Of a stretch of DNA of 64,000 nt, positions 1 through 13,437 are shown one piece after another. Origin of the DNA: Octopus sinensis (Eukaryota); the NCBI RefSeq assembly GCF_006345805.1, contig NC_043020.1:11284001-11348000 (forward strand), in the 5' to 3' direction. Numbering within the stretch: the stretch's first letter is position 1; each line of letters opens with the position of its first letter. A program made the translations under genes and the position numbers. Below the pieces are notes generated by a model that saw only the letters and a program-made list of their open reading frames with translations, did no database searches and was not told the DNA's origin.

Positions 1-171
1 CATCTAGTCGGCACTTACAGCCCAGGAACTGGAACGCTTGCTCACCCGACATCAAACCCACGAGATTGGTTGCCTGTGCTTGCTCGTGATTACACAGGCA
101 TCCAAAACAATTAGCGAAAGCATGGGACCTATTACCAAATGATACACGTGTGCTAGTGACGCTTATGATTT

Positions 172-179
172 TACACACA

Positions 180-220
<41 letters not shown>

Positions 221-827
221 GAGTACACATACACACACACTTACACACACACACACACACAGACGAGTACACACACACAGACAAGTACACAAACACAGAC
301 AAGTACCCACACACACGAGTACACGCACGCGTGCACACATATGTTATATATGTGTGTATATATAATGTATATACACACATATATATATACATATATTTAT
401 ATGTGTGTGTGTGTGTGTATTTGTATGTATGTTTGCATGTGTATATGTATGCAAGTATGTATGTACGCATGTTTGCATGTTTATGTGTATGTTTGTATGT
501 ATGCATGCATGCATGCATGTATGTATGTATGTATGTATATATGTATGTATGTATGTATGTATGTGTGTATGTATGTATATATGTACGTATGTATGTATGT
601 ATATATGTATGTATGTATATATTTATGTATATACGTATGTATGTATATATGTACGTTTGTATATACGTATGTATGTATGTATGTATGTATGTATGTATGT
701 ATGCATGTATGTATGTATGTATGTATGTATATATGTATGTATGTATGTATGCATGCATGTATGTATATATGCATGTATGTATGTATGTATGTATGCATGT
801 ATGTATGTATATATGTATGTATGTATA
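172..827. repeat. (CA)n then degenerate (ATGT)n microsatellite tract
   Basis: Directly visible; source of the HTHT/YVCM ORFs. Confidence 0.95.
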
Positions 828-1374
828 ATGTTGTTATATATGACATCATAATTGATGTCACTAGAAAATTGTTTCTTTTTTCTGATTTGAATTTTTTTTT
901 TTTTTTCACTTTTTCCGAAAACGCCATTTACTAAGTAAAAGTAGTTTGGAGGAAAACATCGTAGCTGTCAAAAAGGAAATCCCGGAGCTTTCCAGTCTGT
1001 GGACGATCAACAAGGTCAGTCAGCATTCATCGAATCATTAATCCTTCAATTCATTGATTCAATCAATCCTCATATTTTGGTCAATCATTTGTCAAAGCAT
1101 CGTGTTAAAACAGTCTACGTGGTTAGTGTTCAGCTCTTATAATGTCTAAGCGCATCCCCTGATGCAAAACATTTGCCTATGTTGGAGCCAACCAACTCCA
1201 TCAGTTCTTAATTTCTTTAATGGGGACTTGTGTAGTTGAGAGGCGAGTGGTCACAGTAGTATTTGGTGGCATATAACACGTTTTTTCTTTCCAAAAGTTA
1301 AGTTAATTTTTTGGCTCAAAAAGCAAAAAGTAAGGCCATGTAGGGGGACATGGAGTTATGTACAGGGAGGGTGT

Positions 1375-2379
1375 TCATGCAAAGAGTTCAGGCCATTTCT
1401 GGTCAAGAGAAACTTTGAACCGAGCTGTCGTCGGCATCTTCACTATCTCGTCCGGCAGCTTATTCGACGGATCCGCAACCCGGACGGAGAAAGCCCCTCT
1501 CCTTCGATTGAGATGAAATCGTCGCAGATAGAGCTTTTCGGAGTGACCCCGCAGCCGACGCTCTGGAGCAAGAGTGAAGAACAGCTCTTTCGAGAGGTTT
1601 CTAAAGAAATAAATCACCCCTTGTAGATCCTATAAGAGAATTTGAACCTCCCATAAGCTAATATTACATGCTTTAACACACATAAAGCTTTTTTCTATTG
1701 GATATATGCACTGCAGAAATCGGGGTGCGTCTAATACGTCCGCTGGTCAAGAGAGACTTTGAACCAAGCGGTCGTCGGCATCTTCACTATCTCGTCCGGC
1801 AGCTTATTCGACGGATCCGCAACCCGGACGGAGAAAGCCCCTCTCCTTCGATTGAGATGAAATCGTCGCAGATAGAGCTTTTCGGAGTGACCCCGCAGCT
1901 GATGCTCTGGAGCAGGAGTGAAGAACAGCTCTTTCGAGAGGTTTCTAAAGAAAGTAAATCACCCCTGGTAGGTCCTATAAGAGAATTTGAGCCTCCCATA
2001 AGCTAATATTACATGCTTTAACACACATAAACCTTTTTTTCTATTGGGTATGCACTGCAGAAATCGGGGTGCGTCTAATACGTCCGTGCGTCTTTTATGC
2101 CAAACAAATACGATTGAGATGAAATCGTCGCAGATAGAGCTTTTCGGAGTGACCCCGCAGCCGACGCTCTGGAGCAGGAGTGAAGAACAGCTCTTTCGAG
2201 AGGTTTCTAAAGAAAAAAATCACCCCTGGTAGGTCCTATAAGAGAATTTGAACCTCCCATAAGCTAATATTAGATGTTTTAACACACATAAACCTTTTTT
2301 TTCTATTGGATATATGCACTGCAGAAATCGGGGTGCGTCTAACACGTCCGTGCGTCTTTTATGCCAAACAAATACGGTA
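1375..2379 (-). mobile_element. Three tandem partial copies of a chimeric unit: CR1/L2-type LINE 3' coding tail plus pogo/Tigger-like transposon end
   Basis: ORF 1375-1617 reads LRGHSEKLYLRRFHLNRRRGAFSVRVADPSNKLPDE, a CR1-like RT C-terminus. The block recurs at about 1399, 1744 and 2110. Minus-strand TACCGTATTT...AAGACGCAC at 2379 resembles a pogo TIR. Confidence 0.7.
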
Positions 2380-2839
2380 GTCTGTTGTGGCTGGTGAGGT
2401 TATTGTTTTGGTTACATATTGTGCTCTTCTTGTTGCTATTCTTGATCTGTCTGTCGCTGCTGATGTGGATGCTGTCATCATTTCTATGCATGGAGTTGTT
2501 GTTGTTGGTTTAGCATATCTCTTGTCGTCGTTGTTCTTGTTGTTGCTGCTGTTGTTGTTGTTGTTGTTGTTGTTGTTAAGCAACAAGATGGGTAAGGGTG
2601 ATTAGGTGGTCTAGGGCTTAGGGGTGGGAGACCCCAGACCTTGAGAAAAAAAACAACTTTGGTCGTCTTGTTGTAGTCGAGGGCTCTTCGTTGAGGCCCG
2701 ACACCACTGGGAGCTGGACCTCGAAGTCGCTGGAAATGGAGATCTCCAGGTCCAAATTCTTGAACGGCTGCTGCTGCTGTTGCTGTTGCTGTAGCTGTGA
2801 TGATTATTGGCCCGTTGCACAAGGTCAACAACTGTTAGG

Positions 2840-3015
2840 AAAAGCTGGGAGCGATAAATGGATACCATGGAACCCTGGTACTTGACCGGAACTTTATTTT
2901 ATCGATCTCGGAGGAATGAAAGACAAAGTTAAACTCGTCGGGGAATAGCACCCAGAACATGAAGAGCCGGAAGACATTCTTTCCGATGCTCTAACGATTC
3001 TGGTTAATCGCCGCT
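2840..3015 (-). mobile_element. Degenerate SINE family B copy
   Basis: tttatcgatctcggaggaatgaaagacaaagt matches the family B core tttatcgaccccgaaaggatgaaaggcaaagt. Confidence 0.6.
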
Positions 3016-3022
3016 CTTATGA

Positions 3023-3117
<95 letters not shown>

Positions 3118-3120
3118 TAG

Positions 3121-3505
3121 GGAGGCGCAATGACCCAGTGGTTAGGGCAGCGGACTCGCGGTCGTAGGATCGCGGTTTCGATTCCCAGACCGGGCGTTGT
3201 GAGTGTTTATTGAACGAAAACATCTAAAGCTCCACGAGGCTCCGGCAGGGGATGGTGGTGATCCCTGCTGTACTCTTTCACCACAACTTTCTCTCACTCT
3301 TACTTCCTGTTTCTGTTGTACCTATATTTCAAAGGGCCGGCCTCGTCACTCTCTGTGTCACGCTGAATATCCCCGAGAACTGCGTTAAGGGTACACGTGT
3401 CTGTGGAGTGCTCAGCCACTTACACGTTAATTTCACGAGCAGGCTGTTCCGTTGATCGGATCAACCGGAACCCTCGTCGTCGTAACCGACGGAGTGCTTC
3501 CATCC
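3121..3505 (+). mobile_element. tRNA-derived SINE family A, full length
   Basis: A box TGACCCAGTGG and B box GGTTTCGATTCC; near-identical copies at 5520, 6096 and 45998. Confidence 0.9.
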
Positions 3506-3536
<31 letters not shown>

Positions 3537-3544
3537 TTAATAAT

Positions 3545-4092
3545 AAATGCCCTGATGCAGTACCAGACAGTGGCTCTCATGGCTTCTGATCTCAACTGAT
3601 TGGAAGTATTATCATGTACATTGTTTTGTCTTGGTATAAAAGATGGGCTACAGCAAATATTCTGCTCAATACCACAGATTTGCTTGTCAGTTGCTTGACC
3701 TTAACCAATTGAGCATGTCCCTTAGTGGCTGACGATATGTGCATCTCTGATCACGAGCAGAAGTAGTGGGGGAGCATCATAGCCATGTGTTGAGAGGGAT
3801 TCTTTAGGGCTTTGAATAATTCACCTCTGGAAACATGGGTGTTTCGTTTATCATTCTTAAAGAAACCTTACTCAGGGACCTTTTGAGCGGAATGGGCTAC
3901 TCGACCCGAAGAAAATTCTAACTGCGAGGTCATGTGCTGTTTATCTTGATATAAGATCACCGTGTCGCGCACATGTGGTTGTAATGCGTGTGCCTGGTGT
4001 ACCCTTATCAGACGGGTAATCATGATGGGTGTATTGGGCTTCGTATATTTTGTACCCCAGTGTTATTTTGATGGCATAAACTGCTCTCTCAA
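3545..4092. mobile_element. About 550-bp non-coding element embedded in (TAA)n, copy 1
   Basis: Starts aaatgccctgatgcagtacc and ends actgctctctc; flanked both sides by AAT repeats; highly similar to 4280-4838. Confidence 0.75.
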
Positions 4093-4111
4093 ATAATAAT
4101 AATAATAAATA

Positions 4112-4838
<727 letters not shown>

Positions 4839-5519
4839 AATAATAATAATAATAATAATGATAATGAAAGGAAATGGGTGGAGCCTCCTCCTCCTCATAA
4901 GCTGATTAATGATACATCTAGTGATGGTGTCATAATAAAAACACTGGTAATTGCGCAACCTGATAATCGCTATCTCATATGAGTGACAATGGAAAAACAA
5001 AATATTGTGAATAACGGTGGTAATGAAACTGAGTTACACCTGGTAGGCTCAGAGATTCTGGTCCGGCTCCAGCCTGTCGATATCCAGAAACGGACCACCA
5101 CATACGGCGTAGATTAAGCAAGCAAATTAAGGCTGTGGTCATGGAATGTTATTACTTGAGCAGCCCGGATGATGAAAATGGTGCTCAAGTTAGGGGTTAC
5201 CGACAACGTATGTATGATCATTGGAGCGAAAAGGGATTGTTTCAACTCACAGAACAGAGACTATGTGATCAAGCTAGAGCAATAAGGAAAAATTGTTGGT
5301 TCACAGAAGTAGAGCTCGAAGCTATCAAAAGACGGGTCATGGAAACATAGCAGCAGAGATAACAATGAAAATACAGCTCTTACTAATAAGAGTAATCCCA
5401 TAGCACAGGAAAGGAGCAGTTGTATCTTACTTGATGAGAGACATATAGATGATCTAAAAGAAGGCAATAAAACTAAAGGCGACATTACGGATGAACAAAA
5501 GGCAATCTACGACAGAATG

Positions 5520-5909
5520 GATGGATGGAAAAACTCCGTCGGTTACAACGACGAGGGTTCCGGTTGATCCGAATCAACGGAACAGCCTGCTCGTGAAATT
5601 AACGTGTAAGTGGCTGAGCACTCCACAGACACGTGTACCCTTAACGTAGTTCTCGGGGATATTCAGCGTGACAAAGAGAGTGACAAGGCCGGCCCTTTGA
5701 AATACAGGTACAACAGAAACAGGAAGTAAGAGTGAGAGAAAGTTGTGGTGAAAGAGTACAGCAGGGATCACCACCATTCCCTGCCGGAGCCTCGTGGAGC
5801 TTTCAGGTGTTTTCGCTCAATAAACACTCACAACGCCCGGTCTGGGAATCGAAACCGCGATCCTATGACCGCGAGTCCGCTGCCCTAACCACTGGGCCAT
5901 TGCGCCTCC
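5520..5909 (-). mobile_element. SINE family A with 13-bp TSD
   Basis: TSD tctacgacagaat on both sides; (TCCA)n tail. Confidence 0.92.
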
Positions 5910-6095
5910 ACTCTACGACAGAATAAAGGCAAGACAACAGGAGAACGATAGCAACATTATTTGCAACCTTAAAAAGCTTTATCGATGGAAATTGAACCAA
6001 GAAAGGAAAAATGTCAATGAAATTCTGAAATACATCAGAACAAACAACATCACAGAAACAAATAATTTGATCAAGGCAGCAAGTATTGTTGTGGC

Positions 6096-6482
6096 GGAGG
6101 CGCAATGGTCCAGTGGTTAGGGCAGCGGACTCGCGGTCATAGGATCGCGGTTTCGATTCCCAGACCGGGCGTTGTGAGTGTTTATTGAGCGAAAACACCT
6201 AAGGCTCCACGAGGCTCCGGCAGGGGATGGTGGTGATCCCTGCTGTACTCTTTCACCACAACTTTCTCTCACTCTTACTTCCTGTTTCTGTTGTACCTGT
6301 ATTTCAAAGGGCCGGCCTTGTCACTCTCTGTGTCACGCTGAATATCCCCGAGAACTACGTTAAGGGTACACGTGTCTGTGGAGTGCTCAGCCACTTACAC
6401 GTTAATTTCACGAGCAGGCTGTTCCGTTGATTCGGATCAACCGGAGCCCTCATCGTCGTAACCGACGGAGTGCTTCCTTTTT
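6096..6482 (+). mobile_element. SINE family A with about 12-bp TSD
   Basis: TSD tattgttgt(g/a)gc; T-run tail. Confidence 0.92.
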
Positions 6483-6889
6483 TATTGTTGTAGCAGAAAA
6501 CGTGGGTGTTGATGTCAAGAAAAAGAAACATAATGGGAGTAACAAAAGAAAAGATCCATCGTGGAAAAGAAGAATCCAGGCAGGGTTAGACATGCTCTCG
6601 AAGATTTCTGTGTTAGACCGAAAAGAGAAAGGGGAGCTTAAAAGCAAACAAAAATACAGGGCGCTGAAAAGGAAGTATAATAGTGAAAGAAAGGGGCTGA
6701 AAGTAGGAGTCCTGCCAAATGAGCAGAAGGGTTGCAAGCGTAAGTGCAGAGGTACCATGGACCAACATCCATCAACTGGAACTTTCTTTGTCGACCGACT
6801 TCGAAAGGATGAAAAGCAAAGTCGACCTCGGCAGAATTTGAACACACGACGTGGAAGACAGGCAAAATGCTACTGCCAGCTTACTGCCT

Positions 6890-7402
<513 letters not shown>

Positions 7403-7725
7403 TGTTGTCTTCTAATAATAGAAATAATAACAATTTTTACTTTAATAGCTACAAGAGCTCGAAAAATACAATAAATGATAAAAAAAAAGAACTTTCACTA
7501 GGGGTTAGAAAGGATGAAAGGTTAACATGCAATGTGAAAAAAAAACCCCCAAAAAAAACACGCTTACAAATTTAGAAGGGAAGTGAGTAAGAGATTTATT
7601 TATTATATGGAAGGATGGATTAAGAATTTTAAATGTGCAGACATACACATAAGCAAGTACACACGCACACACACACATACACACTCATACATTTATATAT
7701 ACACACACGCACATATATGCATACA

Positions 7726-7935
7726 TTGGTTGGCATCCTTTCTATCTCGGGAGACAATGGAGTTGCGTATAAAGTAGTCTAGTCCGGCTTTTATATTTCA
7801 TGTCCTGATACATTTCCTGCTGTGGCTGTGTAGTCCTATCCTGGACAAACACTCCCTCTGGCAGGTATCGCAAATGTAGCGAAGACTGTTCCTGGCTGGT
7901 TGTAATGCCATAGTCTCTTGTTGACGTCTCTTCTT
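7726..7935 (-). mobile_element. RTE-clade LINE 3' end
   Basis: YICDTCQRECLSRIGLHSHSRKC zinc finger followed by CCATTGTCTCCCGAGATAGAAAGGATGCCAA, an RTE/BovB-like terminus. Confidence 0.75.
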
Positions 7936-8077
7936 TTCTTTCCATTTCTCCTTTCTCTCTCTGTCACTCCTTTGTATTCCCTCTTTTTTTCTTTGCATAC
8001 ATATACACACATATATATGTAATGATATGTATATATGTATATACCTATGTATATGTTTATAAATATATATATATATA

Positions 8078-8226
8078 TAAGTTCAGTAAAATTTAGATTC
8101 AGATGAATATGGTACTTAAGTTAAAGGCACCAGAATTTTGTATGGTATTATCCATATAATTCAAAATGGGGTGATTATAATCAAAATAAGCAACAAGGAT
8201 ACTGCATTACCTCTGGACATCCTTGA

Positions 8227-8228
<2 letters not shown>
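8078..8228. mobile_element. PLE-type short remnant between (TA)n tracts; same family as 27167-27368
   Basis: Shared aaatttagattcag..ggtacttaagttaaaggcaccagaattt block. Confidence 0.6.
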
Positions 8229-8278
<50 letters not shown>

Positions 8279-8376
8279 TACTCTGACCACTTCCATCTTT
8301 TTGTATGTGACCTCGTCTGTATCACTAGCGATTTTTTTCCTCTATCTTCTCTCCTCGGGACCTTTCCTTCTCCTAT

Positions 8377-8411
8377 GTTTCCGACGAAGAGCTCCGCTCG
8401 AAACGTCAAGC
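8377..8411 (+). ncRNA. Minimal type-I hammerhead ribozyme motif (variant core CCGACGA)
   Basis: gttt-CCGACGA-a-gagc(tcc)gctc-GAAAC-GTC-aagc; palindromic ACGU stem III; inside a (TA)n-flanked element 8277-8505. Confidence 0.65.
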
Positions 8412-8500
8412 CCTCCTTCTTCCCTTCTTTCCTGAGCATCCAATAATACTTTATTTGTTCCACGTCCTTGCGTTGTCTTTTTGTTTTCTTGTTTGGATTA

Positions 8501-8572
<72 letters not shown>

Positions 8573-9071
8573 ATTGAGGTAATCAGATCAGATGGTTCAT
8601 ATTTGTAGATATTTATTTATATATTACATTTTTTACATATATATCATATCATATCATTCTGATTTCGGATTAGCGCTTGCTCCCATTCTAGTGGGCTTTT
8701 CAAATCAAATCAGTTGTGGGAAGTTTGAACATTTTATAGTTTTGTAGTAGTGGGTGAGGAGGAAGTGAGACAGAGAAAAAATGTGTGTATGTGTATGTGT
8801 GTGTGTGTGTGTGTATATGTGTGTGTGCGTGTGTGTGTGTGTGTGTGCGCGCGTTTATATCTGAGAGTGAAGAAGTGTTATTTCCGTTGGTCTACTGGAC
8901 CGCCTGTGGTTTTATAAGAACTTTGGCCGTCTATTTCGATGTCACTGAGTGTGTGTTGTGCGTAGGTTGGCCTGGCAAATGTCATTTGGGGTCACACTTT
9001 CTATGATCATTCTGTGGAGGTGTGTGTGTGTGTGTGTGTGTCTCTGTGTGTCCGTGTGTGTTTTTGTGTGC

Positions 9072-9112
<41 letters not shown>

Positions 9113-9371
9113 CGTGTGTGTGTGTGTGTCTGTGTGTTTGCAGAAGGGGAGAGAGGCAAAAAGAGAAAAGGGAAAATAAAAAAATATAGAAATATAGAAA
9201 TATAAAAATAAAAAATAAAATATAAAAAAATAAAAAAAATAAAAAGTTAAAAAAATATATAAAGAATAAATAAAAATATAAAAAATAAAAAATAAAAAAA
9301 TAAAAATAAAAATAAAAATAAGGGAGGAAGTGGAGAAGAAAAAATATTTTTGTGTGTTGATATTTATACCA

Positions 9372-9407
<36 letters not shown>

Positions 9408-9786
9408 TAAGGTATGTAGAAAAATACAACATGGACAAGAACGTATAACTCACAGAAGACGATACAATAAACATGGACAGGACATTCGAACCTCTCAGTC
9501 TTCAGTCAAGAACCGGATCATCGTAGTAATTTCGGCTGATTAATCTTGAGATTACTAGATCACGGCCAGCCCTCCAAGAAAAACTAAGCTGGAAGCGTAG
9601 ATTTCCTGGAAGAAGGATCGAATGCATACGAACACCAGGACAGCAAAAGGGACAGATATAAAAAAAACAAAAAACAATAATGGAATACAGAAACATGAAA
9701 TACAGAAGCATTAACGGTGAAAACAACAAGTGTCTTACGACTGATAACAAGCAAACAAATTTTTTCTCTGGCGCATTGGAAAAAGC

Positions 9787-9790
<4 letters not shown>
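9408..9790 (-). mobile_element. PLE-type remnant between (TA)n tracts; related to about 36520-36720
   Basis: Shared tcttcagtca..cgta/gca..atttcggctg..gagat blocks; degenerate CTGAAGA..GAA core on the minus strand. Confidence 0.5.
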
Positions 9791-9865
<75 letters not shown>

Positions 9866-10107
9866 CACACACACATGTCAGTGACGTATGGGGGTTGTTG
9901 TATTGGGTATGCTGCCACACCCAATGCCAGCAAATTCCAAGCTAGGGTATAACAAAAGTTTTCCATTTAGATTTGCGATGAAATTAATGAGTAAGGTAAA
10001 TATTTCTAATGAATTTTCCATTTCCGATGGTTATGCAACGCACACCTAGCACATCTAGAATATACGTCCCCGATATGTATATATATATATATATATATAT
10101 ATTTTTT

Positions 10108-10299
10108 TTATTCTTTTATTTGTTTCAGTCATTTCACTGTGGCCATGCTAAAGCACTGCCTTTAGTCGAGCAAATTGACCCCAGGAATTATTCTTTGTAA
10201 GCCTAGTACTTATTCTATCGGTCCCTTTTGCCGAAACCGTTAAATTATGGAGATGTAAACACACCAGCATCGGTTGTAAAGCAATGGTGAGAGGACATT

Positions 10300-10370
<71 letters not shown>

Positions 10371-10531
10371 CGCGACGGTTTCTTTTAGTTTCCATCTACC
10401 AAATCCACTCACAAGGCTTTGGTCGGCCCGAGGCTATAGTAGAAGACACTTGCCCAAGGTGCCGCACAGTGGGACTGAACCCAGAACCATGTGGTTGGAA
10501 AGCAAGCCTTTTACCACACAGCCACTCCTGC
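10108..10531 (-). mobile_element. SINE family C (CORE-like, internal microsatellite)
   Basis: Head GGAGTGGCTGTGTGG..GGTTCAGTCCC, CACCTTGGGCAAGTG core, TA/CA insert, tail GAAACAA.TAAAAGA. Confidence 0.9.
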
Positions 10532-10640
10532 ATATACTTTGCACCTTCTCGCATTGATCCAACCTTATACAACAACCTTCTTTAAAGTTGTACCACACAA
10601 TGCTTCACCAAAACTACCTCATTTTAATATATATATATAT

Positions 10641-11028
10641 TGGCTGTGTGGTAAGTAGCTTGCTAACCAACCACATGGTTCCGGGTTCAGTCCCACTGCG
10701 TGGCATCTTGGGCAAGTGTCTTCTGCTATAGCCTCGGGCCGACCAATGCCTTGTGAGTGGATTTGGTAGACGGAAACTGAAAGACGCCTGTCGTATATAT
10801 GTATATATATATATGTGTGTGTGTATATGTTTGTGTCTGTGTTTGTCCCCCTAGCATTGCTTGACAACCGATCCTGGTGTGTTTACGTCCCTGTCACTTA
10901 GCGGTTCGGCAAAACAGACCGATAGAATAAGTACTGGGCTTACAAAGAATAAGTCCCGGGGTAGATTTGCTTGACTAAAGGCGGTGCTCCAGCATGGCCG
11001 CAGTCAAATGACTGAAACAAGTAAAAGA

Positions 11029-11030
<2 letters not shown>
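10641..11030 (+). mobile_element. SINE family C
   Basis: Same consensus; head-to-head with 10108-10531. Confidence 0.9.
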
Positions 11031-11085
<55 letters not shown>

Positions 11086-11097
11086 ATGTGTATGTGT

Positions 11098-11680
11098 TCG
11101 CGTGACTTGCTGAAGGCTTCCTTAAGAGATGCTTGCATCTCTCCTGACACATGGGAAGACATAGCTATTGATCGTAGCAGGTGGAGAAGGATTGTGCACG
11201 AGGGGACACCCACTTTTGAGAAATCTCGAGTTGCACATGAGGAAGTAAGGAGGGATGTCAGGAAGGGTATCGCTGTTACACTTCCAGGTGGGAAAGGTCT
11301 TCCTATGATGCTGACATGCAGTGTCTGTGCAAGACCCTGCCTCAGTAAAGCTGGACTCAAGAGTCATCTTCGTAGTCATAAAATGAGACAGATGAGTGAC
11401 AACCTGGCCACTGGTGGTGGTGTAATACACCATACTAATCATATCTGTCGGGCATGTGGAAGAGAGTGTAATTCGGCAGGAGGACTTAAACGACATGCAA
11501 AGGTACATGAAGCCCAGTTACAACTATAGCCGGCTACTGCTGGTAAAGGTTTTAGTTGCCAATTCTGTACAAGACATTGTAGATCTTTAGCTGGGCTAAA
11601 AAGTCACATTCGATCACAGCACCAGTAACAGTTAAGCTTCGTGCAATGGCCATACTCGATAACGAGGGGGCAGCAATAAT
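11098..11680 (+). mobile_element. RTE-clade LINE 3' end with three C2H2 zinc fingers and an (ATGT)n tail
   Basis: DLLKASLRDACISPDTWEDIAIDRSRWRRIVHEG (RTE C-terminus); CSVC..H..H, CRAC..H..H and, after a stop, CQFC..HIRSQH; terminus GGCCATACTCGATAACGAGGGGGCAGC. Confidence 0.8.
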
Positions 11681-12502
11681 GTATGTATGTATGTATGTAT
11701 GTATGTATGTATGTATGTATGTATGTATGTATGTATGTATGTATGTATGTATGTATGTATGTATGTATGTATGTATACGTATGCATATATGTTTGCGTAC
11801 GCGCATATTTTAATGGAAATATATAAGAATACAAAACGCACTGGAAAAGACTTTTTTTGTCTAGGTTGAATTGGGTATTGCACGATGTCGTTCACTTAGC
11901 CCCTTTCTAGAATTGTGTTTTGAGTTTAATCGAATGTTTGAGATATTTTGTGTCGAAAAACAACACCATCTCGAGGATATTCTCTTTTAAGTTTAATATG
12001 TCTTAATTTTAATTTTACTAGCAATCTATCTTTTGCATGTTGTTTATATTGCTTTCGTGTCATTCTATTATTATCATCTTAAGAGAGTCCATGACACCAC
12101 TGATGCACAATTTTGTCGATTAACTTTGTTTGCTTTACAAAGAAATGTTGTTCTTAATATTTTCTTTATAATTTCCTGAGAAGAGATTTCAAAAAAAAAA
12201 AAAAAATGTAACCGGGTAAAATAATAACAGGAGTCGATTTGATTGACTTCAAGGTTGTTCACCCCCCCCCATCATGGCTGCAATTCAGTGACTGAAATAA
12301 TTAAAAGAAATGAGAAAAATATGAAAGCGAAAACTAAAAAAAAAAAAAAAAAAAAAAAATTCGTTTTAAAATAAAATATGAAATAAATCTTTTTTTTTTA
12401 ACTATCATCTCTTCACAGAAATCGTTGCAGATACGCCGACGAGAGTATGATCATCCCTGGAAGACAGCGGTAACAAAAGACGATTTTCGTAAACTGTTCA
12501 GA

Positions 12503-12551
<49 letters not shown>

Positions 12552-12924
12552 GTAATAATAATTTCTAACATTGGTGATAATTCCTAATATTGATATCTTA
12601 CCACAATTATTATAATTTATAATTTTCAAAAAAAAAAAAAAAAAAAAATTGTAACAAGGAAGAAAATAAGGAGAGAACAGTTACTGTTGCCGAAAGGACC
12701 GGACCTTTCGATTTATATTTCGCAACATTTCTGGTGGCGATTTCAATTATAAAAATTAACCAATTCCATTCTCACCGGACTGCAATTTGCTTTTGAATTT
12801 TTTTTTTTTTTTTTTTGTATCCAGACAAATCCAAAGTTTCGATTTCGAATTCATCATTTTCTTTATTTTTCTTTTGTCGTTTCTTTTTGCATTATTGTTA
12901 ATTTTGGTAACGCCGCTTAGAGAA

Positions 12925-13437
12925 ATGGCTCAAGCATTTACTCTTGGGGGCGCAAAACATAACAGAAGCAAACCAAAATATCAATCAACCGAAGAGAAGC
13001 CGTCAGAGGATCTTGGAACTGTACATGGTTACGACTTTCGGAAATTTCGGAATCAACAACCCATCTCACCACAAATGCTGCGGAGCAAGAAAGGACTATG
13101 GTTGGACAAGAGGCACTCGGTCGAGGATTTCCTTAGGGTCCCATCAGCTTATTACAGACAAGAGAGCGCCAAGCGTCGATCGGCTCATTCACCAAAGAGC
13201 AGAAGCAGAGATGTAGATATAAAGAATTTGACGCCAAAGTTCCAAGACTTTCGAATTTCGTCGTCTTGGACTCACCATTCGGCGCCACTCTGCACTAGCA
13301 ATCGATCCTGGTACAGGAAGAGCAGCAAGAAACGAAATCGAGTTACGTGCAACAACATCGTTCGAGTTATAAAACCGGTTTGCATGAAGAACAATCGCGA
13401 AGAAATGGAGATTTATTACGAAAAGTTGAAAGGCTGA
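12925..13437 (+). CDS. Orphan single-exon ORF, 170 aa, basic and Ser/Arg-rich
   Basis: gaaATGG start context; non-repetitive, stop-free 513 nt in AT-rich DNA; no motif recognised. Confidence 0.4.
   Translation: MAQAFTLGGAKHNRSKPKYQSTEEKPSEDLGTVHGYDFRKFRNQQPISPQMLRSKKGLWLDKRHSVEDFLRVPSAYYRQESAKRRSAHSPKSRSRDVDIKNLTPKFQDFRISSSWTHHSAPLCTSNRSWYRKSSKKRNRVTCNNIVRVIKPVCMKNNREEMEIYYEKLKG

Larger units (their letters stand above)
4866..6766 (+). mobile_element. R4/Dong-clade non-LTR retrotransposon relic (5' part, internally deleted, two SINE insertions)
   Basis: [36 protein letters not shown] (5135-5350), PSWKRRI, and EQKGCKRKCRGTMDQ (about 6720-6765) are R4/Dong N-terminal and RT motifs; begins at an (AAT)n tract. 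Confidence 0.75.

Noticed and set aside
1-170. Unique sequence at the window start
   Set aside because: Too short and truncated to assign
150-934. Long YVCM/HTYI ORFs (also 23500-26300, 43367-43768, 55104-55740, 61146-62171, 62938-63615)
   Set aside because: Stop-free translations of microsatellites
2600-2835. Minus-strand host exon after cttttcctaacag
   Set aside because: The acceptor lies at the edge of a degenerate SINE; no recognisable protein in any frame and no partner exons
3121-3200. tRNA genes
   Set aside because: A/B boxes are heads of multi-copy SINEs with TSDs; no complete cloverleaf
10984-11529. Host C2H2 zinc-finger gene
   Set aside because: Fingers follow an RTE RT C-terminal motif and lack TGEKP linkers; the ORF start is in a SINE
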